From an uncultured Myxococcales bacterium (GTDB lineage Bacteria > Myxococcota_A > UBA9042), in contig CAIMEY010000002.1 in assembly GCA_903840165.1 (NCBI GenBank), positions 133,109 to 197,108 on the forward strand: a stretch of 64,000 nt of DNA. Reading direction: 5' to 3'. A program made the translations under genes and the position numbers. Below are positions 36,192-49,000 of the stretch, one piece after another. Numbering within the stretch: position 1 is the first letter of the stretch; every line of letters starts with the position of its first letter. The notes under the pieces were generated by a model. It made no database searches and was not told the DNA's origin. It was given only the letters and a program-made list of their open reading frames with translations.

Positions 36192-36920
36192 AATTACGTC
36201 CGAATCCAGGGCGTTTGGGGCTGCTGCCTCGTGCTTCTTGGGGCCAGTGTAGCCCTGCGCGCCGGCCCCGCCAGCGCGATCAGCACGAGCCTACGCGTCA
36301 TGCGAAGTTGGCGATTCCGCCCTCGCCGCGTCATGCACATGAGAAGTGGAATCGATTGAAATTACGATAAAATTGCCGTTCTACCATCGACAGACCGACG
36401 ATCCGAGCCCGGTGGTTTAGGATTATCGCCCAGTCCTGCCTACTTGAAAGGGAGGTGCGCCTTGGCCGCCCGGGCTGTGTGATCCGCTCGGTCTGAACGA
36501 CATGACTACATCTGCTTAATATAGAAGCGAAATGCTCGAACTCGGGGGCCTGATCGATCCCGGGACCCAGGCGTGCGCGCCTCCCCGGCCAGTCCAGGTC
36601 GACCTGTTGGGCCGGCCACCTCGCAAAGAGCCGTTGCATCCCGAGCCACAATTCGCAATACTGCAGGCTGCTGATTGAGTTGCGCTGCCGCATTCCGCCG
36701 CGCCGCCCACCAGCGATCCCGCGCTCCTGACGCAAGACCGCTTTCACCGGATCAACCGGCCAGCCTCTGCGCAAGAGTTCGTTTCCTGAATGGACTGCTG
36801 CACCGCAAAGGCGGTGCGGCCAAGGCCCGCGGCCAGCCCTCCGGCCTGCCCCTGTTTGAGCGCAAGGCAGCTGAAAAAAGGAACAGTTAGCCATAGTTGC
36901 TCGTGCCCGTGGAGAGATGC

Positions 36921-37562
36921 ATGTATCAGGTTGGCGATGAAACCGAAGGCTTTTGCCCGCGCTGCCGCCTCAACACCTACCAAGTCATTGCCGCCACCGA
37001 TGGTGAAACAATCCAGTCGGTTGCGTGCCGCACCTGTCGCAATACCTTCGCGCATCGGCGGGAGGTCACAGAACAAGAAGTTCGCCAAAACAACCTGAAG
37101 AAGCTGGCAAAAATGCAAAAGTCGAGAATGCCGTCCCCCGCCCCAGAAGTGCTGACCCGCGGACGACGAAAAGTGAGTGATTTTGACCGCCAACTGCAAG
37201 CACTGGCTCAGCTCAATGGCCGAGATCCAGTCGAACAAGTGCAGGAATTGTCTGCAGATGCCCGGGCACGCAGCGCGGTGTCCCAAGCCGCCTCAGGCAC
37301 AGCCGCGACCGTCGAGCCCGCAACCAGTGGCGCTGCATTGGAGAATCAGGCCCCCGGCGAGCGCTGGAAGGCATTGACGGCTCCTCTAGGCTGGCGCGAT
37401 GGCAAGCCCTACAGCGCGCAAAAAACCTATAAAGAGGGCGATGTTGTGCTGCACAAAGCCCTGGGAATGGGCATTGTCGAGCAGGTCGTTCACGATCACG
37501 CCTGCCTAGTACTGTTTCGCGATTCGCAGACGGTGCTGGAAATGGCAACTCCGCTGAGCTAG
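36921..37562 (+). CDS. Hypothetical protein with N-terminal Cys4 zinc-ribbon (CPRC...CRTC)
   Basis: ORF 36897..37562. MYQVGDETEGFCPRCRLNTYQVIAATDGETIQSVACRTCRNTF, then a low-complexity linker and a C-terminal ~60-aa conserved-looking domain. Its TAG stop lies within the CTAG terminus of repeat copy B. Confidence 0.5.
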   Translation: MYQVGDETEGFCPRCRLNTYQVIAATDGETIQSVACRTCRNTFAHRREVTEQEVRQNNLKKLAKMQKSRMPSPAPEVLTRGRRKVSDFDRQLQALAQLNGRDPVEQVQELSADARARSAVSQAASGTAATVEPATSGAALENQAPGERWKALTAPLGWRDGKPYSAQKTYKEGDVVLHKALGMGIVEQVVHDHACLVLFRDSQTVLEMATPLS

Positions 37563-37805
37563 TACACGTAACCCCAAGTGCTTTCCGGCAACCCGCAAGG
37601 CCCTTGGGGTTGTGGACTTTTAGCCGGGGCCGGCCGACCGCAGGGGTGAGCCCGCACGGGCGGGCGGGGGAGGACTCCGCGGTGCGCGCAGCGCATGAGC
37701 TGTGCCAAGTCTGGCACGGCGAAAGTGGAGATGGCGCGCCCCCTTGAAACTAGAAGCAAACACTGTTCCTCTAACCCGCCAGGAACTTCGGGTTAGAGGT
37801 ACTAG
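37559..37805 (+). repeat. Copy B of the MITE/REP-like repeat element (CTAGTAC ... GTACTAG termini; ~55-bp extra internal segment relative to copy A)
   Basis: Starts ctagtacacgtaaccccaag, ends cctctaacccgccaggaacttcgggttagaggtactag (11-bp perfect stem). A nested 9-bp stem aaccccaag/cttggggtt lies near the left end. A central G-rich block ggggtgagcccgcacgggcgggcggggg is shared with copy A. Confidence 0.55.
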
Positions 37806-37835
37806 CTTCGGAGAACTGTCTTAAAACACGCAATG

Positions 37836-38651
37836 TTAGGCGTGGACGATTGTGCGCAAACCCGCTGCACCGTCGATATAGGCAGCCACGGCGTCGTCGT
37901 CCTTGTATCCGACAATCGCCACTTGCTTGGCCCCGAGGCGCAGGATTTCAGCGACCTCTTCGAGCTTGGCCACCATGCCGCCGTGCACCGCACCTGAGCT
38001 GATCAACTGAGGAATTTCGTCAGCGCTCAGCTCGGCGATGTGGCTCGCCGGGTCAGCTAGCTCGCGGAATACGCCTGGCACGCCGGTGACGAGCACCACG
38101 TCGTCGATTTTCGCCGCCTTGACCAAGGCCGTTACCAGGGTATCCGCATTGAGATTGAGCAGTTGGCCACACGGATCGCAGACCAGGGACGATAGAACCG
38201 GCACATAATCGCCCTGCCACAACGTCTGCAGCAAGCGGCCATCGGCATGGACCACATCGGCAACTAGACCAAAATCAACGGGTTCAGCCTCGCCGGCCAC
38301 TTCGCGCGGGGGCCTTTTGCGTCCGACGACCAGCAGACCACTCGCCGCCGGGAACGCTACGGCAGGCAGTCCCGCGCCCAAACACGCCGCTAGCAGTGCC
38401 GGAGCCACTTCGCCGCCCATCGCCAAGGTCACGGCTTGCAGCATCGCCGCATCGGTCACCCGGCGTCCACCGCGAAAAACAGAGTCGATTCCAAGCCTTT
38501 TTCCCATCGCCGTGATCTGCGGGCCAGCGCCGTGAACGACGCAGAGGTGCACGCCGCGCTCATGCACGCCAGCGAGGTCCGCGGCCAAGCGATCCCGATC
38601 CTCTTGTTTCTGAAGCGTTTCTCCGCCCACTTTCACCAGTACTTTGCGCAT
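37836..38651 (-). CDS. argB: Acetylglutamate kinase
   Basis: 271 aa. KVGGE..., VVHGAGPQI, ...AVHGGMVAKL motifs typical of N-acetylglutamate kinase. Confidence 0.9.
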   Translation of the reverse strand: MRKVLVKVGGETLQKQEDRDRLAADLAGVHERGVHLCVVHGAGPQITAMGKRLGIDSVFRGGRRVTDAAMLQAVTLAMGGEVAPALLAACLGAGLPAVAFPAASGLLVVGRKRPPREVAGEAEPVDFGLVADVVHADGRLLQTLWQGDYVPVLSSLVCDPCGQLLNLNADTLVTALVKAAKIDDVVLVTGVPGVFRELADPASHIAELSADEIPQLISSGAVHGGMVAKLEEVAEILRLGAKQVAIVGYKDDDAVAAYIDGAAGLRTIVHA

Positions 38652-38797
38652 CTCCTACTCCTCGTGTCCCAGTCCCGTTGGGGCGTGGCGTCCCGGTCAA
38701 TCCTCTGTCCTTGGGCACCCTTGACTGACATGACCCGCTCGTCGTTCGAAGTCGCCTCCATGCCGTCCCGCATCGACTCTTGGCGGTTGCAGGGCGC

Positions 38798-39862
38798 CTA
38801 TGGCCAAGGCTTGCGGGACAAAAGTCCAGTGTATTCATCAAGGCCGAGCATGAGATTGAGCGATTGGATGGCCTGCCCAGCGCCGCCCTTGATCAAGTTG
38901 TCGAGTGCCGAGTGCATGACCACGGTACGCCGGCCGTCACGAACGATTTCCCCATATGTTGCAGCAATTTCTACGTACATTGAGCTGGCAACGGCATTGA
39001 CCTCGGGCAGGCGACCGCTGAGCACGCGGATCAGCCGATGCCCAGAAAAACATTGGTGGAGTGCGGCCTTGAGCTCTGTCTTGCTTACCTCGGCAGGAAT
39101 TTCTGCATAGCAGGTCGTCAGAATGCCGCGCACCAGGGGGGCCGAGACGGGCACGAAGTCGAGGGTTACATCACGCCCGCCACTTTGCCGAAGATTCTGT
39201 TCCACTTCAGGGACATGCTGATGATTGAGCGGTTTGTACGCGCGCAGGGTCTGGGCGCGAAGAGGATGGTGCGTGCCCAGGGCCGGATTGGCCCCTGAAC
39301 CGGAAGAACCTGTCATTGCAGTCACTTGCAGGCGTCCTTGCAGCCAGCCGGCCTTGGCCAGGGGCAGCAGCGCCAAGGTGATCGCCGTAGCAAAGCAGCC
39401 AGGGGATGCCACAGCCTGAGCACCTTGAATCGCTTGGCGATTCATCTCCGGCAGGCCGTACACAAACTGCCCGAGCCGCTGCGGTTGGGGGTGGGCGGCC
39501 TCGTAGTAGGTCTGGTAGAGCGATGCATCCAAGAGGCGATAATCACCCGACAAATCGATCACGCGCAGGCCCAAATCGACGTAGGCCGCGACGATGTCAG
39601 CGCTCACGCGGTGGGGCAGTCCGACGCAGACCAAATCTGCATGGGGCGCCACTTCGGCCGGCGCCAGATCCTCGATAATCAGGTCGGTTAGACCCGCCAG
39701 GGAAAGGTGAACATCGTCTAAGTGCTTGCCAATGCTGTCTTTTGCCACCAATTTGGTCACGGCCACGGCCGGGTGCACCAGCAGGTGTCGCAGTAGTTCG
39801 GCGCCGCCATAGCCTGTTGCACCGACCACGGCGACACGAATCGGGAAATTCTCTTGTCTCAT
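38798..39862 (-). CDS. argC: N-acetyl-gamma-glutamyl-phosphate reductase
   Basis: 354 aa. N-terminal Rossmann VAVVGATGYGGAELLRHL. Active-site SPGCFATAITLAL. 146-bp gap to argB on the same strand. Confidence 0.9.
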   Translation of the reverse strand: MRQENFPIRVAVVGATGYGGAELLRHLLVHPAVAVTKLVAKDSIGKHLDDVHLSLAGLTDLIIEDLAPAEVAPHADLVCVGLPHRVSADIVAAYVDLGLRVIDLSGDYRLLDASLYQTYYEAAHPQPQRLGQFVYGLPEMNRQAIQGAQAVASPGCFATAITLALLPLAKAGWLQGRLQVTAMTGSSGSGANPALGTHHPLRAQTLRAYKPLNHQHVPEVEQNLRQSGGRDVTLDFVPVSAPLVRGILTTCYAEIPAEVSKTELKAALHQCFSGHRLIRVLSGRLPEVNAVASSMYVEIAATYGEIVRDGRRTVVMHSALDNLIKGGAGQAIQSLNLMLGLDEYTGLLSRKPWP

Positions 39863-40027
39863 CCTTGGTTCTCCCTGGTCCTTAGGGACCTGAGCCTTCG
39901 GCGACGGGCGCGTTCGCCTGTCTGCCTGCGACCTACACTTCTGTCAAGGTTCTTCATGGAAATCAATGGTTGGCAGCAGTCCGCGCTGACGTCGCGGCGG
40001 TGTGTGCCGCTCCGGCGCTGGGCGACC

Positions 40028-43000
40028 TCACGTCTCCAGCAGGGCCGCGCGCGCTTCCTTGTGCCCTGGTACCAGAGCCAGCGCATCCTCAAAGCAACTG
40101 CGGGCTTGGGCCGTTTGCTTACGCTTGAGGCGACAATTGCCCATGCCGACAAAGGCATCTGCGCGCACTTGCGCCTTGGTGCCAGGTCGTCGCGCCACCG
40201 CGTCAAAGAGCCTCATCGCTCGGTCCATGTCGCCAGCGCCAAGGTGAGCCCGTGCACAACCAAGGATCGCCTCTTGCTCATCTACCTGAATTTCCAAAGC
40301 TTGGTGGTAGTGGGTCCGCGCCGCCGCATAATCGTGCGCACCCTCAGCCGCATGGCCCGCCTGGATCAACCGAGCAAATCGCCCGGAATCGTCCAGGGTT
40401 TCATGCGCCAAGAGCCACTGGCTTAGCTGCAACGCCGCATGGAAGTCGCCGCTTGCTTGTAGCAGTGGCAGCAGCAGCGCATCGAGTTGCACGGTATCGC
40501 CGCCCAGGACATGGGCTTTTCGCAATGTGCTTGTCGCTTCCGTAACTTGCCCCAACTGCAGTTGAACCTGGCCCAGTTCAACATGCAAATCAAGCAGTTC
40601 ACCGCCCAACTCGAGGCGCAGCGTCGACCGTCCATCGCCATCTGCCAAGGCGTTGATCCACTGACGCAGCGATTCTGCTAATGCTTCATGGGAGTTCCGT
40701 GCCGCATAAAGGTCGCACAGCTTGCGCCGCGCCGCCCAGCGCTTCGGGTCCAGGCTCAAGAGCCGCTGATATTCCTTGATGGCCTTGCCCGGATTGTTCT
40801 GGCGTGTCGCATACAGGTCCGCCAATTGCTGATGCAGAACAATCTGTTCCTGTGGGTCTTTGCTGTCCCGCAGCAGCGCTTCCAGGCCCGTCAACGCCTG
40901 CTGCGCGTCGCCACTGCTGGCCTGCATCAAGCGTTGCACGTGGCGGGTAGCAGGATCACTCGGCGCAGATTTCAGCAGCAATTGCATGTGCTTGTCTGCG
41001 CTTGCTTCGTCATTCAGCTCCGTGAGCAGCACGCGAATCAGTTGCGCTTGCAGGGCGACGTGCCCGTCCTTGCGGGCCTCCTTGGCTAGGCGGTGCTCCG
41101 CGGCTTGGACCCAGGCGGCCCAGACCCGATGCTGATCGGCGATTCGCAGCAATTCATCAACAAGTACGGGGTTTTCAGCGTCATCCCCGAGGGCCGTCCT
41201 CAGCGCCTCGCAGGCCCCGTTGCCGTCTCCCCGCTCCGAACGCGCCTGCGCCAAACGCCGCAGGGTCAGCGTGCGCGTCGGCCCTGGCTGTAAGTGCTTA
41301 GCACGCAAGGCATAGAGCGGTTCCAGGCGTCGCGCCTCGTGGCCGGCTTGGCGCTCGAGGAACACAAAAGCCTCATCGTGGCCAGGGTCAGCGCGAAATG
41401 CTTCTTCATACAGGTCGTTGGCTCGATCTGCGTTCTTCAACTCGCGTGCCTGCAACCGCGCGGCTTCACAAAGGTGATCTGCACGCTCGACCGACCCGGC
41501 TGTGATGCGTGCAAGGACGACCAGGCTAGCTGCTAATGCCTGGGGATCATTGCGATCGCGCAGCAAATCAACGAGTTCCGCGTGGGCCTGTGGGTCATGG
41601 GCATCTAGGTCGCATAAGGCGCGCAGGGCGGCAACAGCGTCGTCCAGCTTGTCCAAAGTGCGAGCCAGACCCGCCACCCGGTGCAGGCCTAGGCGTTTCC
41701 GGTCTAAATTTTCAAGCCTTGCCACTCGACTCTGCCAAGCGCCGAGCAGGTCGGTCCAGCGTTCAGCCGCATCGTAGAGCGTCTCTAGCATCTCAAATGC
41801 ATCGTCATCTTCAGGGCTTCCCTGCACTAGGGTAACGAGGTGCCCCTCTGCCTTCTTGGTATCTCCCGCTTCAATCGCCTGTTGCGCTGCATAATGAAGG
41901 ACTTGCGCGAGATCACTGGGCGAAAGCGGTGCCGCCAGCACGGCAGCTGTTGCCTCAGCCAGCACGACACTGTCCTGGGGAAGCCGGGCAGCGTGGCGAA
42001 GTGCCAGCCACGTTGCGACGGACGGACTCGCACGCAGGGCGGCCGCCAGCGCTTGCACACCGTGGCCCAGATTGCTGGCGTGATTGGTTTCAATCCACGT
42101 GATTTCTTTGGCAATTTCCGACTGAGCTGCCGAATTCTGCGCCTTTTGCAGCTTGACCTGCAGCAGTTGCAGCACGCCGTCCCATTGCTGAGCGCCGCGC
42201 AAAAGCGGTTCGAGTTCGGCCAGGGCCTCGGCCTGCGTCGCCGGTTCAGCCGCCAACTGTAGGCCCAGGGCGACGGCGTCCGATTGCGTGGGATCGACGC
42301 GGAGCACATCGAGGACTAGGCGAAGCGTTTGGCGAGGTCGGCCGAGGAACCGTTCAATATCAGCAAGTTCCAAGCGCCACGCATTGACGTCGCCGGTTCC
42401 GAGCATGATCGCACGGGCCAGGTCTCGACCCAGCGCCGCTGCATCCCCAGACTCGCGACGGCAGGCCAACGTCGCTTCGCAGGCGTCCAAGTTGTCGGAG
42501 TCCTGGTCCCAGACCAGCGTCCATAAGTCAGCAGCTCGACTAGATAATCCGGCTTCTCGGCCAGCACCTGCGGCCAAGGATACCGCGTCGGACATGGCCT
42601 CGGGCGGTACCTCTTCGGCCGAAAGGGCGTCAAAGACTTGGTCCAGCCAAGCCTCGACCAAGTTGCCAGTGCGGGCGATATCCGAAGAAAGCGCAATCGC
42701 TTCAAGCGGTTCAACGCCATCGCGCACCTGGTCCATCAGCAAATCCAAGGCGTCTTGGTGTTGGCCAAGGTCATCGGCCACAGCCGAAGCCAGTGCCCGA
42801 CCTGCAGCCCCGCGCTCGGAGGCGGGCAGGGCAGCAAGCGCCATTTGCTGAATCTTCACAGCGAGATCGGCATGGCCTACTTCGCGAAGAATGGGCACTA
42901 GGGTCTCAGACGTTGCCGCCAGTAAGCCCTCATGGGATGCGTGGCTATTGAGAAATGCCCACAACTCAGCACTTTGCGGTGCAACAATAACGACTTGCGC

Positions 43001-46000
43001 CAAGTGACCGACGGCATCGCCGACATCCTCGGCCTGCAGGGCTAGCGCCGCGGCCTCTACACGCAAGGGTACAGAATCTAAGTCGTTCATGCCCTCGAGT
43101 GCATCGAGCCATGCCAATCGAGCCGCACCGATGTCGCCGACCTTGGTGAGCGCCCGCGCGTGCAGCACACGCATCGCCGCATGGTTTGGCTCTGCTTGTA
43201 GGACTCGCTGCGCAGCCAACAGTGCCTCAGGCCACCGGTTTTGTGCCGCCAGGGCCGTTGCGACCGCCGCAGACTCAGCCGCTTGCAGTCGATCTCCCAG
43301 GCGCCGCCCAAGGTCAATAAGCAGTTGTTGATCCAGCTGTTCCATGGCAACAGCCAAACGCGCGCGCAGGGGAGCCTCGGCCTGCGGACTCAGGGCCAGG
43401 GCGGCGTCGAGGGCGTGGATCTGATCGCCCACATCCTCGGTCAACGCCGCGATTTCCAACCAGAGTTCGGCTGCTGCGTCAGGCGTCTTGTCTTGCAGTT
43501 GCTCGGCCCGCGTTTGCAGGTGGTGGCGCAGCGCCTCCGCATCGCCTTGAGCCCGTGCGTCCGCCTCGAGCCAAGCCTGCGCCGGGGCCTGATCTGAAGT
43601 AGATGCTGCCAAAAGCCCGGCAAATACGCGGGCTTGCTCGGTCAGCTCCTCATGTCCCCGGGCCAGCGCAAAGCCGGTTTGTGCAATCGCGTCGGCGTCT
43701 TCGCGCCCGGCATCGGCGATGTCGAGCAAGCTCGCCGTGGCGACTGCGGCAGAATCTACTGATTGTGCTACAGTTTCAAGCGCTTGCAATACTGAATGAA
43801 TGGGTGCCGGGGTCAAAGCCTGCAGCAACCATTGCAGGGCCTGATCGGCATCCTTCAAATGATCGCGTGCGAAAATGCCTAATTCCAACCAATTATCGCG
43901 GGCTTGCGCAGGCTCGAGGTACTCACTCGCCAGCAAATGGGCTTGAAGCCATGAGTCGGGGTCTCGGTCCGGATTCACGTCGGCTAAACGCCATTGAATC
44001 GCCGTCTTGGCTTGGTCCGGCTTCAGCTCGGCAAGGCTCATGGCCAAGCGCGTCACTGCTTCACTGGTCGCCCTGGTTTCTGCCCCCAGATCACGAATTT
44101 CAGCAATGGCGGCAAAGAGTTCAGGCGCAGCATTCTGTTCGATCAGTTGGCGGGCCAGCAGGCGCAGCACCGTGGGCTGATCCCCTTGCTGCCTAGCCTG
44201 GGCCAGGGCCTGCTGAACGCGCGCAGCATCCTGACCACGTAGCGCATCGGCTTGTTCGTCCAAGCCCGCGGAATGCGCCATTTGCGTTGCAATTTCAAGC
44301 CAATGTGATGCATCTGCCGCGCCGGGTTCCGCCTGCAAGAGCTCATCGATCAAAGCGAAGCCTGCAGCGCTCTGTCCGAGGTAACGGTGCAGAATCTGTG
44401 CTAGTTCTACCTGAACCTGTTGGTGCTGCTGGACCGTTCCCGTGCGCAGCAGACTCAGACGCAGGTGGTCGGCCAGACGCGGCCAACGGTCGCTCTCGGG
44501 TAGCTCCTGTAACGCCGCGGCGCGCAAGGCGAAAGCCTCGTCGTGGTGCGCGTCCTGAGCCAGAACCAGGTCGAGCACATCGACCATCCGCGCAAAATCA
44601 TTGCGGGCATAGGCGCGTTCGGCCAACTTCAGGCGCTCGGCCGTTCTCTGCTGATCATCGGCAAGCCATTGACTTGCATCGCGAACGATGTCGTCGATGT
44701 CGCCGCCTTGGTCCATCGCGTCTGCAAGGCGGAGCACCTCAGCCACGGCTCTGTTGTGCCACGTGCCGTCCAGCAGGGGCAGCCACGTGCCCAAGGCCGC
44801 GCCAAGGTCGTGCAGGGAATTCTCAAACACGGACGCTAGGTTGGCGCGGATCTCTTGCTGTGAATTGCCCTCGGAAATCGGCACGGTTGCCAGGAGTCCC
44901 TGCAAAGCAGCGGCTTGTGTGGCAAAATCGCCGCGATCTCGTGCTGATTCGGCCCACAAGTTGAGGGCAAAATGCACGACCTGCGGATCGCCAGATTCAC
45001 TGAGATTCTGAAGGGTTGCGTCGCTTAGCTTGGGCTCAACTAGCAGGGCCAAACGCTTGACGGCGCTCTTGGCGGCCTCCGCGGTCGGGGCGCTGGCCAG
45101 AAAAGTGCAGGCCGCAGTAAAGGCGCCAGCAATATCAGATTGTTGTGCCTCGCGCAGCGCAATCAAACGTTGCCACGCGGCGCCATCACCGGCCTCGCCC
45201 CGGCGTTGCAGGACGGTCGCCAAACTGGCCGTGTCACCGCGCATGTCGAGCAACTGCTCGAGGCGATCGGCCTGAATCGACAGGGAAAGATCGACCCCAG
45301 CCTCGGCCGATTTCAGCCAATTACCAAGGGCTTGCGTGGCTGCTTGGTCCTGTCCAGGATCGCTGTCCAGCGCCTGCAGCCAGTGGTCCAGCGCGGCGCG
45401 CGGATCGGCTCCCCGCTCAAGGAGATCCGCCAATTCAAGACGCCAAATCTGTAGTTGCGCCGCATCCACATCCGCTGCCGGTTGCTTGAGGCGCAACTGC
45501 AGTTCGGTCGCTAGGGCCTGGGGCGTGTCCCATTGGCGAATGGCATCAAGAACCGCCGCGGCAACTTCCTGACTTTCGGGAAGATTCTCGCGCGCGCGCC
45601 TCAAAGCATCCAGCGCCTCAGCGGGGGATTGCCGCTCATCGCTGTGCAGGGCCGCCAGGCGCAGCCAACTCATCATGCGATCGTCGGCACTTAGGTCGGC
45701 GACGATTCGCTGCTCGAGCGCCAAAGCCAGCGCGTCCAAGTCATTGGATTCACGCAGTAATGTCTCAAGCTCTTCGTGCAAATCGTGGCGATCGGGCACC
45801 AGCTCCAAGAGCCATCTCAACACGATGGCGGCCAGGTCGCGGTCGCCCTGCCCAAGCGCGCGCTGCACCGTCAATTGCCCCAAAACTACAGCTTTTTGGC
45901 GGTCTTGCAGGACCGTCACCTCGTCCTGGGGCGCAAGGCCCAGGGCTGCACAGGCTAGGCCCGTCCATTCGCCCGGCCTCTCGGCTGCATCGGCCAAATC

Positions 46001-49000
46001 TGCAGCGAGTTGCCAGCGAGAAAAGGCTGTCGGATCAACGCGTAAGACCGGCAGTAACCCGTCCAGGGCGCGTCCAGGGTCGCTCGCTTGCAACTGCAGA
46101 GCCAGGTCATCGGCGCGCAGGGCCCTCTTGGTGGGATCTGTCTCGGCAAGCTGCAGAATTTCCTGGCATATCAACGCTTCCTGATCGCGGCCTTGGCGTT
46201 CCAGCACCGGCAGCAGGGCGGCTGCCAGTGGCGCGTGCTTGGCCTGCAGATCCAGCCGACTCTGGGCGATACTGATCAATTCAAGTTGTTGATCAAGGAG
46301 TTCATCAACATCGCCCATCTCACGCACAAGACTCAGCACCGCCGCGGGGACAGGTGCATCCACCGGCGTCTGGCTCAACCGGTCCACCGCGGCTTGGAGG
46401 CGGGCTGCCTGATGTTCAGCTGATAATTCAAGGACTTGATCGAGTGCGTTCTGCCACGCCAGTTGGCCAGCGTCCGTCGCGGTGCCGTCTTTTGGCGCCA
46501 GGGCTCGGGCCAGACCGATGCGGCCTTCGGCTGAGGCAGGGTCATGGGCAAGCAGTTGCGCGTAAAGGTCAGCGACAAGTGCCTGATCATGAAGGGAAAT
46601 ATCCGCTTGCTCAGCAGCTCGCAGCAGCCATTGGCTGCGTTCAGGCCCAGTGCTGAGGCTGGCACGGCGGCGCAGCGAGTCGACCACAGTAGCCCAGTCC
46701 CCTTGCGAGGCTGCGATTTCCTGGCGAATATCAAGGAGTTCTGGCTGGTCGGCGCCTTGGGCGTCATCGCTGGAGGCCAGGGCCCTTTGCACCGCGCGGG
46801 CAGCCAGGTCGAAATCTTCATGCTTGATGCTAAGTTGCGCAATCTGTCGCCACAGCGGCGCCAGGGCCTGACGCACCGAGGCATCATCTCCCGCGGAATC
46901 CTGTGCAATTTCAGCCCACGCGGCCAATCGGTCGGCAGTTCCTGCACCTTGACCGGCCAGGACGGCGAGTTCGGCGTAGCGACCGCACCAATGAATCGCC
47001 TGGGCGATCTCGGCGTCCACCAGGAGCTCTTCAGCCAATTCCGCTGCATATTCGCTGGCTTGCTCGGGCATTTGCACCCGCGCACAGGCCTCGATTCGCT
47101 GTAGACGCCAGGCTCGGCCCGTGGTCGACGGATCCCCAGCGCACAGGGCATCCAGGGCTTCCAGTTCGAGGCCCGCAATGTGGGCCTTGACCGCGAAATC
47201 CAAAAGCATTTGTGCGGCAGCTTTCACATCTTCCCCGGCCGACGAACCAATGCTGATCGTCGACCTCAAGGCATGGCCGGCGACCAGTGCCGCCCGTTCC
47301 AATTGGTCCGGGCAAGAAGCCAGCGCCCGCGCAGCCTGGGTCTGCAGATCGGCGCGCAGTTTGGTGGCATCGGCCGCCAGGCGTGATTCGCAGTCCTGGG
47401 CAAAAGCTGCAAAATCTTCAGCACCTGCGGGCGTGTCGGCAAAAAGGCTTCGTGCCGTCTGCACCTGTCCACCGAGGACTTGGGCCCGGGCCAGCAGAGA
47501 AACAGCCACGTCGTGGTGTGGGTTCAGGGCGTGGAGCTGCGTCGCCGTCGCCAAGGCTGCTGGCGAATCGCCCAGGACTTCATCTTGCAACGTCGCAAGT
47601 TGGCTGAGGAATTGGCATTTTGTCGCCGAATCTTGGCCGGGTGCCTGCACTTGCGCCTGCAGGGCAGCGGCAAGGGCCTCGGCCTGATCGCCACTGGCGC
47701 ACAATCGCGTCAATGCCTGTAATGACAAGGTGTTGCCAGGTGAAACAGCGAGGTGAAGCTCAAACAAGCGCACAGCGATCGGTTCGCTCAGTTCCTCAGC
47801 AAGAATCGCTGCTTCACGCAGGTACTCACTCAGCGTGGTCGGCACACCCGCCGTCCAGCGCCCTGTCAGGTCGGCCGCCGTCACTTGGCGCACGTCTTGC
47901 TGCAGTTGAGCCGTGATGAGGCCAAGGTAAGCCCGTAAAAGTGCACTGGAATCACCGCGGTCTCGCAGAGCGGTCAGCCAAGCCTGCGCGACGCCTGCGT
48001 GGTTCGGGGCGTGGGCGGTGGCGCGCTCCAACGCTGCCAACTGGGCCGCAGCATTCCCTTGTTGTCCATAAACATCAGCTAGTTGCAGTAGCCATGGCAC
48101 CAAGGCCGCCGCATCGCCACCAGCAGCAACTGCGGCCTCCAGGATGGCTACAGCCTCATCGGGATTTGCTGCAGCGACCGAGGCCTCGACGGCTTGGGCA
48201 TGGCCTGGTGCTAGGGCAAGTACCTGAGTCCAAGCTTGTTTTGCCAGGGCAGCATCCGCCAGAGGTCCTTGAGGGTCGTGCAGTGCTGCCACCCGTGCCA
48301 GGATTGAAGCGGCGCGCTGCAGGGCGGAAGCGTCGAGCGCGGCCCGGTTCACAAGCGCTCGCACAGCGCGGTCTAGGAGCTCACGCAGGGCCTGCCAACG
48401 GCCTTGCTGCTGATAGAGCCGTTCCAGAGCCGTAGTTGCTTCGACCTGATCGGGCTGCACCGTGAGCACGCGCTGCCAAGCTTCCACGGCGCGATCGGGA
48501 GTGGCCAACGGGCCTTCGCACAAGCGCGCGATTTCAGAAGCAATTCGAATGACTTCACGACCTTCGCTCACGGCCAAACGCTGCGTGAGGGCCACCAAGA
48601 GCCGCTTGTGATCGCCGGAGTCCCGGTACCAGTTCTCAAAGAAGTTCAGGGCTTCAGCGTTGTGTGGCGCAAGGGTTCGCACGCGACGCAATTGCCGTTC
48701 GGCCTTGTCTAGCTCGGACTTCTCCTGCGTTTCGCGATAGCGATCCTGCGCAACCCAGGAAAGTGCAAGGCAAATTACAGCTTCACCTTCGCGATCCCTC
48801 TCGCGCACGGCATCGGCCCGCAGCTTGTCTAGGGCAGACTCGAGCCCTTCGCCCGCAGCCAACACGCCGGTGACAAGGTGGCGCGCCCGCAGCACTTGAT
48901 CATCGGGCAACGCTTGGCACAGCACGGTGAGGGCCACGTGAGCGGCACCCGGCAAGGTGCGATCCACGTCATGCAGGTTGGCCAATTCGTCGGCCAGCGG

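Noticed and set aside
36331-37286. ORFs 36331..36894 (-) and 36744..37286 (-) as real genes in the dnaB upstream region.
   Set aside because: Arg/Gly-rich junk-like translations. They overlap the better-supported zinc-ribbon gene on the other strand. No start or RBS context.
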